A stretch of DNA of 58,879 nucleotides from Candidatus Tayloriibacteriota bacterium (GCA_037130865.1 JBAXSG010000004.1:1-58879); one strand, 5' to 3'. Counted from the stretch's first letter, positions 40,468 to 49,954 are shown. Notes: generated from the sequence alone by a model not told the origin. Program-made: numbers and translations.

Positions 40468-41688
40468 TTATTTCAACCTCGATCTTCGTAGAAATGCCGG
40501 TACTGCACCCCATTCATCATCGTCATCGGTCTTGGTGGCAGGAGTTGGTGTTGCAGGCTTCTTTATATCGACGACTTTTTCGGCAGAGTTGGAACCAGAA
40601 TTGGAATTATCACGCTTTGCTTCTGGTGCAGAATGGAAGATCTTACCTTTTTCTTTTTCACCACTTCTTCCGATAGAAGTTATTGTTGTCTCACCAAGCG
40701 ACATGCTTGAAGGTCTAGCAGAGGCAGTATTGCCTTCAGGAAAACCTGTGGCGATAACAGTGATCTTGATTTCATTTTTCTTAAGCTTATCATCACGGAC
40801 TGTACCGAAGATAATCTTGGCTTCTGGATCGATAGACTCAGTAATAACTTTCGCTGCGTCTTGGATTTCGAACATAGTGAGATCTTCACCACCAGCGATA
40901 GAGAAGAGAACACCTTTTGAACCGGTGATAGAAACATCAAGAAGAGGTGAGTTGATAGCAGCCTTAGCAGCTTCGATAGCACGATTCTCTCCGGTAGCCA
41001 AACCGATACCCATAAGAGCGGAGCCGGCATTTTCCATAACAGTGCGAATATCGGCGAAGTCTATGTTGATGATACCTGGAGTCGTTATCAAGTCTGAAAT
41101 ACCTTCAACAGCATGACGAAGTATTTCATCACACATTGAGAAAGCGTTTTTGACAGTTGTGCCTTTGTCTATAGCTGAAAGAAGGCGATCGTTCGGAATG
41201 ACGATGATAGCATCGACTTCTTTACGGAGTTCATCCAATCCAGATTCGGCGATACGGCCACGCTGGCGTCCTTCGAAGAAGAATGGCTTTGTGACTACAG
41301 CGACAGTGAGACATCCAAGCTCTTTTGAAATACGAGCGACCAATGGACTAGCACCAGTTCCTGTACCACCACCGAGACCGCAAGTGACGAAGACCATGTC
41401 TGCGCCTTTCAATGTGTCTTGTATCTCATCACGAGTCTCTTCCACAGCACGACGACCTAGGTCGGCATTCATACCAGTACCAAGTCCGCGTGTGAGATTT
41501 TTTCCGATATGGATACGCTTCTTAGCAAAAGATCTGTGGAGGTCTTGCGAGTCAGTATTTACAGCGATGAAATCAACACCCTTAACTTTGCTAGTTATCA
41601 TGTGGTTGACAGCGTTATTTCCGGAACCGCCGACTCCAATGACTTTTATACGGGCAAATGCTTCGATATCTGGGGTGATGTTTGGCAT
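40468..41688 (-). CDS. ftsZ: Cell division protein FtsZ
   Basis: IKVIGVGGSG.NAV, GGGTGTG, INIDFAD and C-terminal VPAFLRR. Confidence 0.98.
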   Translation of the reverse strand: MPNITPDIEAFARIKVIGVGGSGNNAVNHMITSKVKGVDFIAVNTDSQDLHRSFAKKRIHIGKNLTRGLGTGMNADLGRRAVEETRDEIQDTLKGADMVFVTCGLGGGTGTGASPLVARISKELGCLTVAVVTKPFFFEGRQRGRIAESGLDELRKEVDAIIVIPNDRLLSAIDKGTTVKNAFSMCDEILRHAVEGISDLITTPGIINIDFADIRTVMENAGSALMGIGLATGENRAIEAAKAAINSPLLDVSITGSKGVLFSIAGGEDLTMFEIQDAAKVITESIDPEAKIIFGTVRDDKLKKNEIKITVIATGFPEGNTASARPSSMSLGETTITSIGRSGEKEKGKIFHSAPEAKRDNSNSGSNSAEKVVDIKKPATPTPATKTDDDDEWGAVPAFLRRSRLK

Positions 41689-41766
41689 GGCGTCTATATT
41701 ATCACAGGTCGTCCAAGAAACAAGGGCTTTTTATGTGCCCCAAATAATGTTCTAATTTTATGGCAC

Positions 41767-42309
41767 TTATTTCATTAAAACCCAAATAGCCGCGATAGTC
41801 ACCAGTATTTCAACATAACAAGTATAGAGCTTTGTGTATTCTCTTGTGATGAAATGCCAGTAGTAGGAAAAAGTATGTGGTCCACCATCTATACCTTGAT
41901 AAGTATGGTTGAGCATATCAAATCTCTTTTCGGAAAATGGCCACAGCCACATCACACCATCTTCTATAGAATCGAATATCAGATGGCACCATGTACTAGT
42001 CAGAATTATCAATCCGATATATTTTGTAAGCTCTGATCCAAATACATAACCCAAACCAACCACGATGAGGCTCGAGATTAACCAAAAGATCGGTGTATGT
42101 GTGAAATAATTTCTGTGGCTTTCCACTTTCAATTTACCGCGTTTTTCTTCGTAAGAAAGTCTTAGTAGATCAATATCTGGCAAATCTCCAGCCAATGTTC
42201 CGACTATGAGCAATGCTTCTATTTGGCCATGACTTAAAGCTGGATGCGTCAAGGATAATAGCGCGAGTGTTGCTAAATATCCTCCAGCTAAATGTCCTGG
42301 TAAAACCAT
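41767..42309 (-). CDS. Inner-membrane metal-dependent hydrolase (YdjM/DUF457-like)
   Basis: PGH, LPDID, HR..FTHTP and HLIFD. Confidence 0.8.
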   Translation of the reverse strand: MVLPGHLAGGYLATLALLSLTHPALSHGQIEALLIVGTLAGDLPDIDLLRLSYEEKRGKLKVESHRNYFTHTPIFWLISSLIVVGLGYVFGSELTKYIGLIILTSTWCHLIFDSIEDGVMWLWPFSEKRFDMLNHTYQGIDGGPHTFSYYWHFITREYTKLYTCYVEILVTIAAIWVLMK

Positions 42310-42310
42310 A

Positions 42311-43492
42311 TTACGGCAAAAACTTAGCAAACCAGCGACGAGCTGCTCGTACGGAATTTTTCAAGAATTGGACAGAAGTATCTAGCTCAGGACCTTCTTC
42401 GGAATGTAATCCCCAGATACATAGACCGTAAGCAACCGCCCATGTGGCGTCTTTGAAGGAAGAATTGCCGTTTGTGATACCGATAGTTCCTATGCGCGCT
42501 GGAAGCTTGAGAGCAACTTTACCCATAGTGTCTATAGAGTTTAGTCCAGAACCACCACCAGTGATGACAATACCTGCAGGCAACAGACCATTGCGACCAA
42601 TCTTTTTTAAGTGTACTTCTATAAGTTCGAAAATATCCGAAAGTCTGGCGGAGATTATCTCTTCAAGTTTTTTGCGAGGATATGAACTACCAGTTATAGC
42701 ACCGACTTTAATCTGCTCAGCTTCTTCTAGTGGCACTTTCAGTCCAAGAGCAATATCGTTTGTAATGTCGGTAGAGCCGATAGGAAATACTTCGAGCGAA
42801 GTCGGTATATTGTTTTCGAAGACGGCGATAGAGACTGTCTCTGATCCTATGTTAGCCAGAACACATCCGGCGACTTTTTGCGATTTGGTTAGAGTGACGA
42901 AGCCGGCAGCGACTGGTGCGGCCATTATGTCTTCTACTTTTATTCCGGCCTCGTTGACTGCTTGGATAAGGTCGGCCACGTGATGATCGAGACATGTTAT
43001 GAATAATGTCTTGCGCTCTAGTTTATTGCCAGTGAGTCCGATAGGAGTACCAAGTGTTGGTACGCCGTCTATTTTATATTGAAGGGGAATATCGTATATA
43101 ATGCGTCGATTTGCTTTTGCTATATGAGGTATATCATGTTCACCTTGTTCGTCGAGTTTCTTCACATCTAAGTCGGTTATCTCGGCATCGGCACGCGAGG
43201 TTATGAGAGTGCTGTTTACCACAGTACTTGCCAATCCAATACCACCGACACCTATAAAAGCTTGTTTTATTTTTACTCCTGCCTTTTCTTCAGCGACTTC
43301 TACTGCGTGGCGAATACTGTCTGCGACATCGCGAACATTTGTGACATAGCCGTGTCGTAGACCACGAGATTCAGCAACACCGATACCGAGTATTTTCGGG
43401 AGTCCTTTTTCCGTCTTTTCTTTTCCGTCAGCGATAACGACCTTGATGCAGTATGTGCCGACATCTATTCCTGTGACTATTGTTCGTGCCAT
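42311..43492 (-). CDS. ftsA: Cell division protein FtsA
   Basis: GIDVGT..IK, S.GLRHG, IGS..ITNDIA..L and VITGGGS. Upstream of ftsZ. Confidence 0.94.
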   Translation of the reverse strand: MARTIVTGIDVGTYCIKVVIADGKEKTEKGLPKILGIGVAESRGLRHGYVTNVRDVADSIRHAVEVAEEKAGVKIKQAFIGVGGIGLASTVVNSTLITSRADAEITDLDVKKLDEQGEHDIPHIAKANRRIIYDIPLQYKIDGVPTLGTPIGLTGNKLERKTLFITCLDHHVADLIQAVNEAGIKVEDIMAAPVAAGFVTLTKSQKVAGCVLANIGSETVSIAVFENNIPTSLEVFPIGSTDITNDIALGLKVPLEEAEQIKVGAITGSSYPRKKLEEIISARLSDIFELIEVHLKKIGRNGLLPAGIVITGGGSGLNSIDTMGKVALKLPARIGTIGITNGNSSFKDATWAVAYGLCIWGLHSEEGPELDTSVQFLKNSVRAARRWFAKFLP

Positions 43493-43530
43493 ATTACTCT
43501 CAATAATAACATAGCCAGCGCTCTCGTGCA

Positions 43531-43869
43531 TCAAACCCCCAGTTTTTTACGTAAACTCGATTCCATGCGCTCCATCTTCGTGCCATGATCATAACCTTTC
43601 AAATGCACGCAGCCATGGAGGAATAGGAATTCAAGGAAATTCTCTGGTGTACGAGCAAACTTTTTCGCTTCTTTCTTTGCTTCGCTTCGCGAAATATAAA
43701 TCTCACCTTCATTTTTTGAAAGAGGGAAGCTTAAGATATCCGTAGCCTTGTTCTTATCTCTGTAAATGAGGTTGAGCTTGCGCATCTTCTCTGGCGTCGT
43801 AAACGAAAAAGACAGCGCATAGCTCTTGCCAAGCGCCGCTTCTTTTATTTTCTTGAATTTTTTTAGCAT
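43531..43869 (-). CDS. ybeY: rRNA maturation endoribonuclease YbeY
   Basis: LN..YR.K...TDILSF, GEIYI and HG.VHL.GYDH. Confidence 0.93.
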   Translation of the reverse strand: MLKKFKKIKEAALGKSYALSFSFTTPEKMRKLNLIYRDKNKATDILSFPLSKNEGEIYISRSEAKKEAKKFARTPENFLEFLFLHGCVHLKGYDHGTKMERMESSLRKKLGV

Positions 43870-43882
43870 TTTGCGATTGCTT

Positions 43883-43910
43883 GCGCTTTTTCTCTTGCGC
43901 CTTGCACTTC
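43883..43910 (-). repeat. Heptamer array (4 units), between rpsU and ybeY
   Basis: Minus strand: gaagtgc aaggcgc aagagaa aaagcgc. Confidence 0.75.
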
Positions 43911-43912
43911 TT

Positions 43913-44155
43913 TTATCTGCGTCTCTTTGTTTCTATAGGAGCTTTGCCGAGCTTGATGAGTTCTGCTGTTGCTGCTCTACGAGCCAATGTCTTCAATGTC
44001 TTCATCTTGATCTTGTAGTGTGACTGTACGCGGCTGTTATAACGGAGGCTACGCTTGCGAGGAATAACGCCAGAGCTTTGTACTTTGCGGCTGAAACGGC
44101 GCAGCATGCTGATGCCGTTCTCGTTAGGATTTCTGCTGATTTCTACGTTTATCAT
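43913..44155 (-). CDS. rpsU: 30S ribosomal protein S21-like
   Basis: VEI.R..NE....MLRRFSRKVQSSG, highly basic. Confidence 0.75.
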   Translation of the reverse strand: MINVEISRNPNENGISMLRRFSRKVQSSGVIPRKRSLRYNSRVQSHYKIKMKTLKTLARRAATAELIKLGKAPIETKRRR

Positions 44156-44221
44156 TGTGGAGAGTATATTAGCACGGGTTTTATAGGCATGCAAGTGGGG
44201 TTTTCTATTCTTAGTCATTTA

Positions 44222-44380
44222 ATGATACGGATAATGACCCGGACTGGTGGAACACATGCTTTTTGAGTGTTTTTCAAAGTGACAGAAAAGTTGTCACTTT
44301 TTAAAAGTGCCTCGGAGGGATGTGTGGGGGACATGTCCTAGTGAGCACAGTGGTACTTTTAACGCCTTTTCCGTTAAAAC
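44222..44380 (+). repeat. Dispersed hairpin element, copy D (longest)
   Basis: Upstream flank shared with 6094-6148, then the core, then a tail shared with copy A. Confidence 0.95.
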
Positions 44381-44411
44381 CCCCTATGTGCAGAATAATT
44401 TTTTGTCTTAA

Positions 44412-45638
44412 TTACTTCCAATACTGCGCCTCTATCTTCTTCATGTGCTTCGTCAGCTGATCCAGAGGAATGATTTCCTGAGCATGAGTCTCTGTGCGGC
44501 GGATGATTATAGTTTTCTCGACAGCCTCCTTCTTTCCCATAACGATGACATATGGAGTGTGATGTCTCTCAACAGATGATACTTGTGCACCGAGGCGATC
44601 TTTAGCAAGCGACAAGAATAACGGAATCTTCGCCAGGCGTAGTATTTCTATGATTGCTAGCGACATGAGTTTCGATTCGGGACTCAATTGCATGAAGGAA
44701 CTCAACGGCTTCTTTGATTTTGCGAGAGGTTTACGCAAAGCGGCGACATTGTTTTTTATGAGAAGGGAAATACCTACACCTTGAATATCACGCTTCATTC
44801 CTGCGCGCTTAGCTAGACTGTTATATCGAACTCCGATAGCAAGGATCTTCTGTTCGGCATTTACGATAGTGAATATAGTTTCTGTACAATATTTACGATT
44901 GCCAATGAGTCCGTTATTTATAGTATAAGGAATATTCAATGCCTCCAAGTATTCCAATACCTCTTCCAAGTGTCTGCGGCTCTGTTCGGAAAGGAAGTCT
45001 ATAGACTTTGGTGCAGCTGCGTTCAGTGCTTTGCAATCTGCACGATGGGATGAGAGTAGTTCAAAAGGATCACGCTTCAACACTTGGCGACATTCTGGAG
45101 TCATCTCATTTATATTTTTGCGATAATAAGCCGTCAACTCACGACTGAATCTGGTTATGGAATCGCGATCTCCGATCGAATTTATCTCGACTACAGTGTC
45201 AGTATATTTTTCTTCAGACAGCATAGCGCGAGCTGTTTGAATAAGTGTAGCCTCGGCGATACTTCCGGATGCACCCAAGATTTCCAAGTCAGCGTATCTC
45301 TGACCACTCTTTTTGAGCGGGCTTCTGCAAGTATCTTTGAAGTAGAGCATCACTGGCTGCGCGTGGTTGTGCATGTTCTGCTCATGATAAGTTCGTATGA
45401 AAGCGATTTTCTCTTCAGCGTGTAGAGGAAAGCGCGCATGATTTTCTGTTTCATCATCGACGAAGTCTCCATCGAGGATATCTTTCGCGGCTTTTATGTC
45501 GGCGTCATTTACTGTCGGGCTCTTCATTGGCATGAATCCATAGTAAAGAGCGATCTCACCGATCTTGTCTAAGTGATCATGAAATATGAATTTCGACTTA
45601 GAGCTTGATTTGGATTTTTTGCGAGGTTTGTTTTTCAT
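44412..45638 (-). CDS. Histidyl-tRNA synthetase-like protein with degenerate catalytic motifs
   Basis: INSIG, insertion-domain segment (C......PFELLS), L.....E.L.IPY..N..L and C-terminal anticodon-binding domain. Motifs 2 and 3 are eroded. Confidence 0.75.
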   Translation of the reverse strand: MKNKPRKKSKSSSKSKFIFHDHLDKIGEIALYYGFMPMKSPTVNDADIKAAKDILDGDFVDDETENHARFPLHAEEKIAFIRTYHEQNMHNHAQPVMLYFKDTCRSPLKKSGQRYADLEILGASGSIAEATLIQTARAMLSEEKYTDTVVEINSIGDRDSITRFSRELTAYYRKNINEMTPECRQVLKRDPFELLSSHRADCKALNAAAPKSIDFLSEQSRRHLEEVLEYLEALNIPYTINNGLIGNRKYCTETIFTIVNAEQKILAIGVRYNSLAKRAGMKRDIQGVGISLLIKNNVAALRKPLAKSKKPLSSFMQLSPESKLMSLAIIEILRLAKIPLFLSLAKDRLGAQVSSVERHHTPYVIVMGKKEAVEKTIIIRRTETHAQEIIPLDQLTKHMKKIEAQYWK

Positions 45639-45666
45639 GTTTTTGTTTTGCTCTATTTATTATCTA

Positions 45667-46311
45667 TTAATAAGTCGTCGATGATGCTGATCTGTATTCT
45701 CCAGGAAATATCGCTACTGATGTTGGTGGTAAGAGACGAATGAGTGGTCTGCCGGTTATAAAATGTGATTCGAGCGGACCCCAGACTCTGGAGTCGGAGC
45801 TTTGTGAGCGATTGTCTCCCATGACGAAATATTGTGTATTGGTCAAAGTTATATTTGAATTGTCGTGTGCAGCATGATCAGCTTCGATATAAGGTTCGGC
45901 GAGAGTAGTGCTCTGCGTGCTTGAAGCGCCAGTAACACTAGTTTTTTCCGTGACTGTGACTATTCCGTCTTTAATGTTCATCGTTTCGCCTGGAAGTCCA
46001 ATGATACGCTTTATATAGTAGACGCTCGGATCACCGGGATATTGGAAGACGACAACATCTCCACGTTGTGGTTTCTCAAAACGATATGAGAGACGATCGA
46101 CTATAAGGAATTGACCAGTTGAGAAGGTTGGATCCATGGAGGCACCATTTACTATAAATGGTTCAGCGATGAAGTATCTTATTGGTAGAGATATAAGTAC
46201 GGCGATGACGATGACTTTCACCCATTCCCATATAGTTTTCCAGAAAGTAGATGAAGGCGTGGCAATACTTGGCACAAGATTTTCTTTATCATTGTGCGGG
46301 GTTGAATCCAT
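45667..46311 (-). CDS. lepB: Signal peptidase I
   Basis: GASMDPT (Ser), YIKRIIGLPG (Lys) and GDNR..S.DSR. Confidence 0.95.
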   Translation of the reverse strand: MDSTPHNDKENLVPSIATPSSTFWKTIWEWVKVIVIAVLISLPIRYFIAEPFIVNGASMDPTFSTGQFLIVDRLSYRFEKPQRGDVVVFQYPGDPSVYYIKRIIGLPGETMNIKDGIVTVTEKTSVTGASSTQSTTLAEPYIEADHAAHDNSNITLTNTQYFVMGDNRSQSSDSRVWGPLESHFITGRPLIRLLPPTSVAIFPGEYRSASSTTY

Positions 46312-46377
46312 GTTGCGGCCATTTTAGCATTTTAATGAGTTTGACACAATAGAAAAAGATGTGCGACAATGAAAATC

Positions 46378-46977
46378 ATGTCATACATCATTGTAGGTTT
46401 AGGAAATCCAGGTGAAGAATATATCGGTACGCGCCATAATACCGGTCGTATCGTCTTGGATGCTGTCGCAAAAGAGCAAGGTATCGACGGCGAGTTCAAG
46501 TTTAATAAAAAGGTCAATGCTCATGTCGCCGAAACAAAGATCGGAAAAGAAAAAGTGACTTTGGTAGAGCCGGATACATTTATGAATCTTTCGGGGAAGT
46601 CCGTTGCACAGTTGGTGAAGAGCGTGAAGGCGGCAGAGAGGCTCGTCGTCATTTACGATGATTTTGCTTTACCGCTTGGTCGTATAAAAATCTCTTTCAA
46701 TAGAAGTTCTGGCGGACACAATGGAGTGGAGTCGATCATCAAAGCTCTGAAGACTGAAGCCTTCGTCCGCATCCGTGTCGGCACCGCGCCCGAGAAAGCC
46801 AATGGCGACGCCAAAGTTCCGCACGGCGACGAAAAAGTCCTCAAGTTTATTTTGAGTAAGTTCAAAGAAGACGAGTTGAAGGTTTTGAAAAAGGTTGGCA
46901 AACGCGCCGCCGAAGCTGTTGAAGTCTTGGTACGCGAAAGCCGCGAGAAGGCCATGAGTGTTTATAACGCGGGGTGA
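46378..46977 (+). CDS. pth: Peptidyl-tRNA hydrolase
   Basis: IVGLGNPG.EY..TRHN.G, TFMNLSG and SGGHNG. Confidence 0.96.
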   Translation: MSYIIVGLGNPGEEYIGTRHNTGRIVLDAVAKEQGIDGEFKFNKKVNAHVAETKIGKEKVTLVEPDTFMNLSGKSVAQLVKSVKAAERLVVIYDDFALPLGRIKISFNRSSGGHNGVESIIKALKTEAFVRIRVGTAPEKANGDAKVPHGDEKVLKFILSKFKEDELKVLKKVGKRAAEAVEVLVRESREKAMSVYNAG

Positions 46978-47010
46978 TTGCGCTTATTCGTTTTTATTCG
47001 CAGTGCGCTA

Positions 47011-48288
47011 CTATTTCTTCTCACCAGTGAAACTCAAAGCCATCTTCTGATCCTTTGGATCAAATAATACTATCTTGAAACCATAAGTTTTGCCGAGCTC
47101 CAAAGTCTTTCGGAGTTTCTCTTCGGAACCAAATTCGGAGACATGGACTAGACCGGCAACACCTTCCTCTATAGAGGCGAGAGCGCCGTGGCGATTGAAC
47201 TTGATAACAACACCGGTGACGGCCATATCCTTCTTGTATTTCTTGGCAGCTTCAGTCCAAGGATTTGCCTTGAGCTGTTTGAGTGACAAAGAAATTTTGC
47301 CATCTTTGACTTCGATAATCTTGGCGCGGATCTTCTGACCAACCTTAACGAATTGGCGAGGATCTTCCACTAGACCCCAATCAATCTCGGAAATATGGAT
47401 AAGTCCTTCGAGATTTTCTTCAAGCTTGACGAAGACTCCGAAATCAACAACGCCAGTAACGGTGCCATCGACTTCATCTCCAACTTCATACTTGCTGACA
47501 ATCTTTTCCTTTTCTTTTTGTTCGGAACCCTTTTCTGAGAAGATAAGTTTACCTTCTTTTGGATCAGCTGTGATGATAGAAACACCAATATGCGTTCCAA
47601 CAAGTTTCTTTAGTTCATCGAGGATCTTGTCTTTGTCGCCATCAGCGATACGAGGATAATGCTCCGCCTTCAGTTGTGAAGCTGGAAGGAATCCCATAAT
47701 ACCTTGCCATTCTATGAGAAGACCGCCCTTGTTTGCCTCCTTGATAGGAAGTTCAAGAACTTTCTTTTCGCGAATAGCTGTTTCTGCTTCGCTCCAGATA
47801 AGAGCTGTGCGAGCTTCCTTGAGTGATAGTTCATAGTAACCGTCTTTGTGCGCTGTGTCGACAATTTTAGCAGCGATGACGTCGCCAACATTTATCTTCT
47901 TGATAACGTCGCGTGCTGTCATGAATTCACGACCGTAAATAATACCTGTACCAAATGGTGCCAAGTCTATATATACAGCGGACTTCTCAACTGCGATGAC
48001 TGGACCTTCAACGAGGTCGCCGATTATTGGAGGATTCTTTGCTGTAGATGTTAAAGTTCCCATGACTGTCGTTTTTTCTTCCACGACAACAGCCACCTTT
48101 TTCTTAGGTGCATTTGATTTTGTTACGGTTGCAGACTTGCGAGACTTTTTCTTCGGTTCGCCGGTTTCGGTCGCTACGGATTTTGTGGTGACCTTGGTAT
48201 CTGCGACTGTTTTGTCTATCTTCTCGTCTGACTTACTATCCTCGGACTTTTTTGCGTGGCTCAATGTAGCCTTTAATTTATTGAACAT
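47011..48288 (-). CDS. rpsA: 30S ribosomal protein S1 (S1 repeats, long Lys/Thr-rich N-terminal extension)
   Basis: Repeated S1 domains (NKGGL, GFLPASQL, DFGVFV, EGLIHISEI). Confidence 0.88.
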   Translation of the reverse strand: MFNKLKATLSHAKKSEDSKSDEKIDKTVADTKVTTKSVATETGEPKKKSRKSATVTKSNAPKKKVAVVVEEKTTVMGTLTSTAKNPPIIGDLVEGPVIAVEKSAVYIDLAPFGTGIIYGREFMTARDVIKKINVGDVIAAKIVDTAHKDGYYELSLKEARTALIWSEAETAIREKKVLELPIKEANKGGLLIEWQGIMGFLPASQLKAEHYPRIADGDKDKILDELKKLVGTHIGVSIITADPKEGKLIFSEKGSEQKEKEKIVSKYEVGDEVDGTVTGVVDFGVFVKLEENLEGLIHISEIDWGLVEDPRQFVKVGQKIRAKIIEVKDGKISLSLKQLKANPWTEAAKKYKKDMAVTGVVIKFNRHGALASIEEGVAGLVHVSEFGSEEKLRKTLELGKTYGFKIVLFDPKDQKMALSFTGEKK

Positions 48289-48472
48289 TTGTGTGACGCG
48301 CTCCGCTTTTTAGATTAATAATAATATTGCGGGATAACGCGAAATTGTTAATGACTTGCTTCTAACTCGACTCTAACTTGCTTATCACTGACTGCGACAA
48401 ATCTAGCATGAATAAGGGTTATTTGTCCAATTTGGATGTTGAATGATCGCGCTCGTTTCTGGCACCCCTATG

Positions 48473-48590
48473 ACACATGCTTTTTGCATGTTTTTCAAAG
48501 TGACAGAAAAGTTGTCACTTTTCAAAAGTGCCTCGGAGGGATGTGTGGGAGACATGTCCTAGTGACAGGGGTGGAGATTTCGACATGAAA
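48473..48590 (+). repeat. Dispersed hairpin element, copy E
   Basis: Core plus tail GTGGAGATTTCGACAT shared with copy B. Confidence 0.95.
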
Positions 48591-48678
48591 TACGTCCATT
48601 TGGCTTAAAATCGTGCACATTGAAAATATTCAGAACTTCCGGAATGGTTTCAATTTTTCATCTTACCAGTGAGATATT

Positions 48679-48703
48679 ACGGGTTCGATTCCCGTCGGCT
48701 CCA
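48679..48703 (+). other. Isolated tmRNA/tRNA-Ala-like 3' end (T-arm plus acceptor 3' strand)
   Basis: ACGGG-TTCGATT-CCCGT-CGGCTCC-A with no matching 5' half upstream. Confidence 0.55.
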
Positions 48704-48730
48704 TATAATCAAATTAGTTGTACAAAACCC

Positions 48731-48878
48731 TTGACTTTTTAAATGGTTGGCCTAGAATTATTCACGTCGAGACATTCTCTCGGCTGGTGGAGTCGACAGG
48801 AAATGTCCTGTGCCCAGATCCCCTCAAAAGGATCTTCACCGGTAACACAAATCTCGCTTCGGCGGGATTTTGTGTTTT
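48731..48878 (+). ncRNA. Candidate structured small RNA (~115 nt) with own promoter and terminator
   Basis: TTGACT-16-TAGAAT. Hairpin GTCGAGA/TCTCGGC. Three-way junction CTGGTGGA/TTCACCGG with ACAGGA/TCCTGT and AGATCC/GGATCT. Terminator with a C-TTCG-G loop. Confidence 0.55.
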
Positions 48879-48954
48879 AGCCCAGCAATACTGCCACGCG
48901 ACCTATTACATGCACACCTTGGCGAGCTGTACATTTTCTGCTAAACTCATCCAC

Positions 48955-49605
48955 ATGATTATCACTTACCTAGGTGGCGAATCGGTGAAAGTGCAATTTG
49001 GCGACACGATACTCGCTTTCAATCCGATCTCAAAAGACTCCTCACTTAAACCGTCAAAGTTTGGCGCGGACATCGTTCTGTCATCTCTCAATAATCCCGA
49101 CACAAACGGTGTCGACCAGGTGACATTTGGAGAGAAGAAACCATTTGCTATAACTGGCCCGGGTGAATATGAAGTGCGCGGTGTTTTCATAAAAGGTCTT
49201 CCTTCGGAGTCTAACTACGATGGCGGCAACTCGGCCAGCAAGGACAAGTTTATCAATACTATATATACAGTGGCGTTGGAGGGTATGAATATCTGCTTCT
49301 TGGGTGCATTGAGCCAGACCGAGCTCCCGAAAGATACCGACGAGGAGATCGATGGTGTGGATATCTTATTCGTACCGATTGGTGGCAATGGTGTCCTCGA
49401 CGCGGCGAAGGCCTACAAATTGGCGGTCGCTATGGAGCCAAAAATAATAATTCCGATTCATTATGGAGATATTGGCGCAAAAGAGGCACTTAAGGTATTC
49501 TTGAAAGAAGCGGGGGAGAATCCAGCACCAGTTGCAAAACTGACTTTGAAGAAAAAAGATATTGAAGGCAAAGATGCTGAGGTTGTCGTTTTGGAAAAAG
49601 AATAA
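48955..49605 (+). CDS. Metallo-beta-lactamase-fold protein (Lactamase_B_3-like), metal motif degenerate
   Basis: MIITYLG, ITGPGEYEV.GV, VDILFVPIGG and PKIIIPIHY. HxHxDH is replaced by SLNNPDT. Confidence 0.85.
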   Translation: MIITYLGGESVKVQFGDTILAFNPISKDSSLKPSKFGADIVLSSLNNPDTNGVDQVTFGEKKPFAITGPGEYEVRGVFIKGLPSESNYDGGNSASKDKFINTIYTVALEGMNICFLGALSQTELPKDTDEEIDGVDILFVPIGGNGVLDAAKAYKLAVAMEPKIIIPIHYGDIGAKEALKVFLKEAGENPAPVAKLTLKKKDIEGKDAEVVVLEKE

Positions 49606-49626
49606 ATAATCTCGCAGAATATATCC

Positions 49627-49929
49627 ATGGAAAATTTCATTGCAAAACTAAAAGCTAAACCCGAGAACACACGCAAGCAGATTGCTCTTTGGTCATCTAT
49701 TGGGGTAACGCTTGTCATATTTATATTTTGGCTAGCCTCTGCCACTGGTTTAACTTCATCCGCAACTAGTTCAGTTACCACAGCAGTCACGCAAGTAGTT
49801 GATCGTGCCGGTACACCAGCACAATCCATGCTCGCTAGCGTCGGTTCACTTTTTGGCGACATCAAGGACATAGTATTTACTCCGAAAAAGATATCTTATT
49901 CTTCTGTTGAAGTGAGAGCGGGGAAGTAG
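49627..49929 (+). CDS. Hypothetical single-TM protein
   Basis: L..KPE..RKQIA plus TM, in operon position. Confidence 0.7.
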   Translation: MENFIAKLKAKPENTRKQIALWSSIGVTLVIFIFWLASATGLTSSATSSVTTAVTQVVDRAGTPAQSMLASVGSLFGDIKDIVFTPKKISYSSVEVRAGK

Positions 49930-49954
49930 GATACTATCAATCTACAAACTAGTG

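Noticed and set aside
40445-42983. Long antisense ORFs opposite ftsZ and ftsA (likewise opposite gyrA, gyrB, pheT and eno)
   Set aside because: Shadow frames of conserved genes with no motifs of their own.
48564-48703. Complete one-piece tmRNA starting GGGGTGGAGATTTCGAC
   Set aside because: That 5' segment is the tail of the dispersed repeat (also in copy B), it does not pair with CGGCTCC, and the span is far too short.
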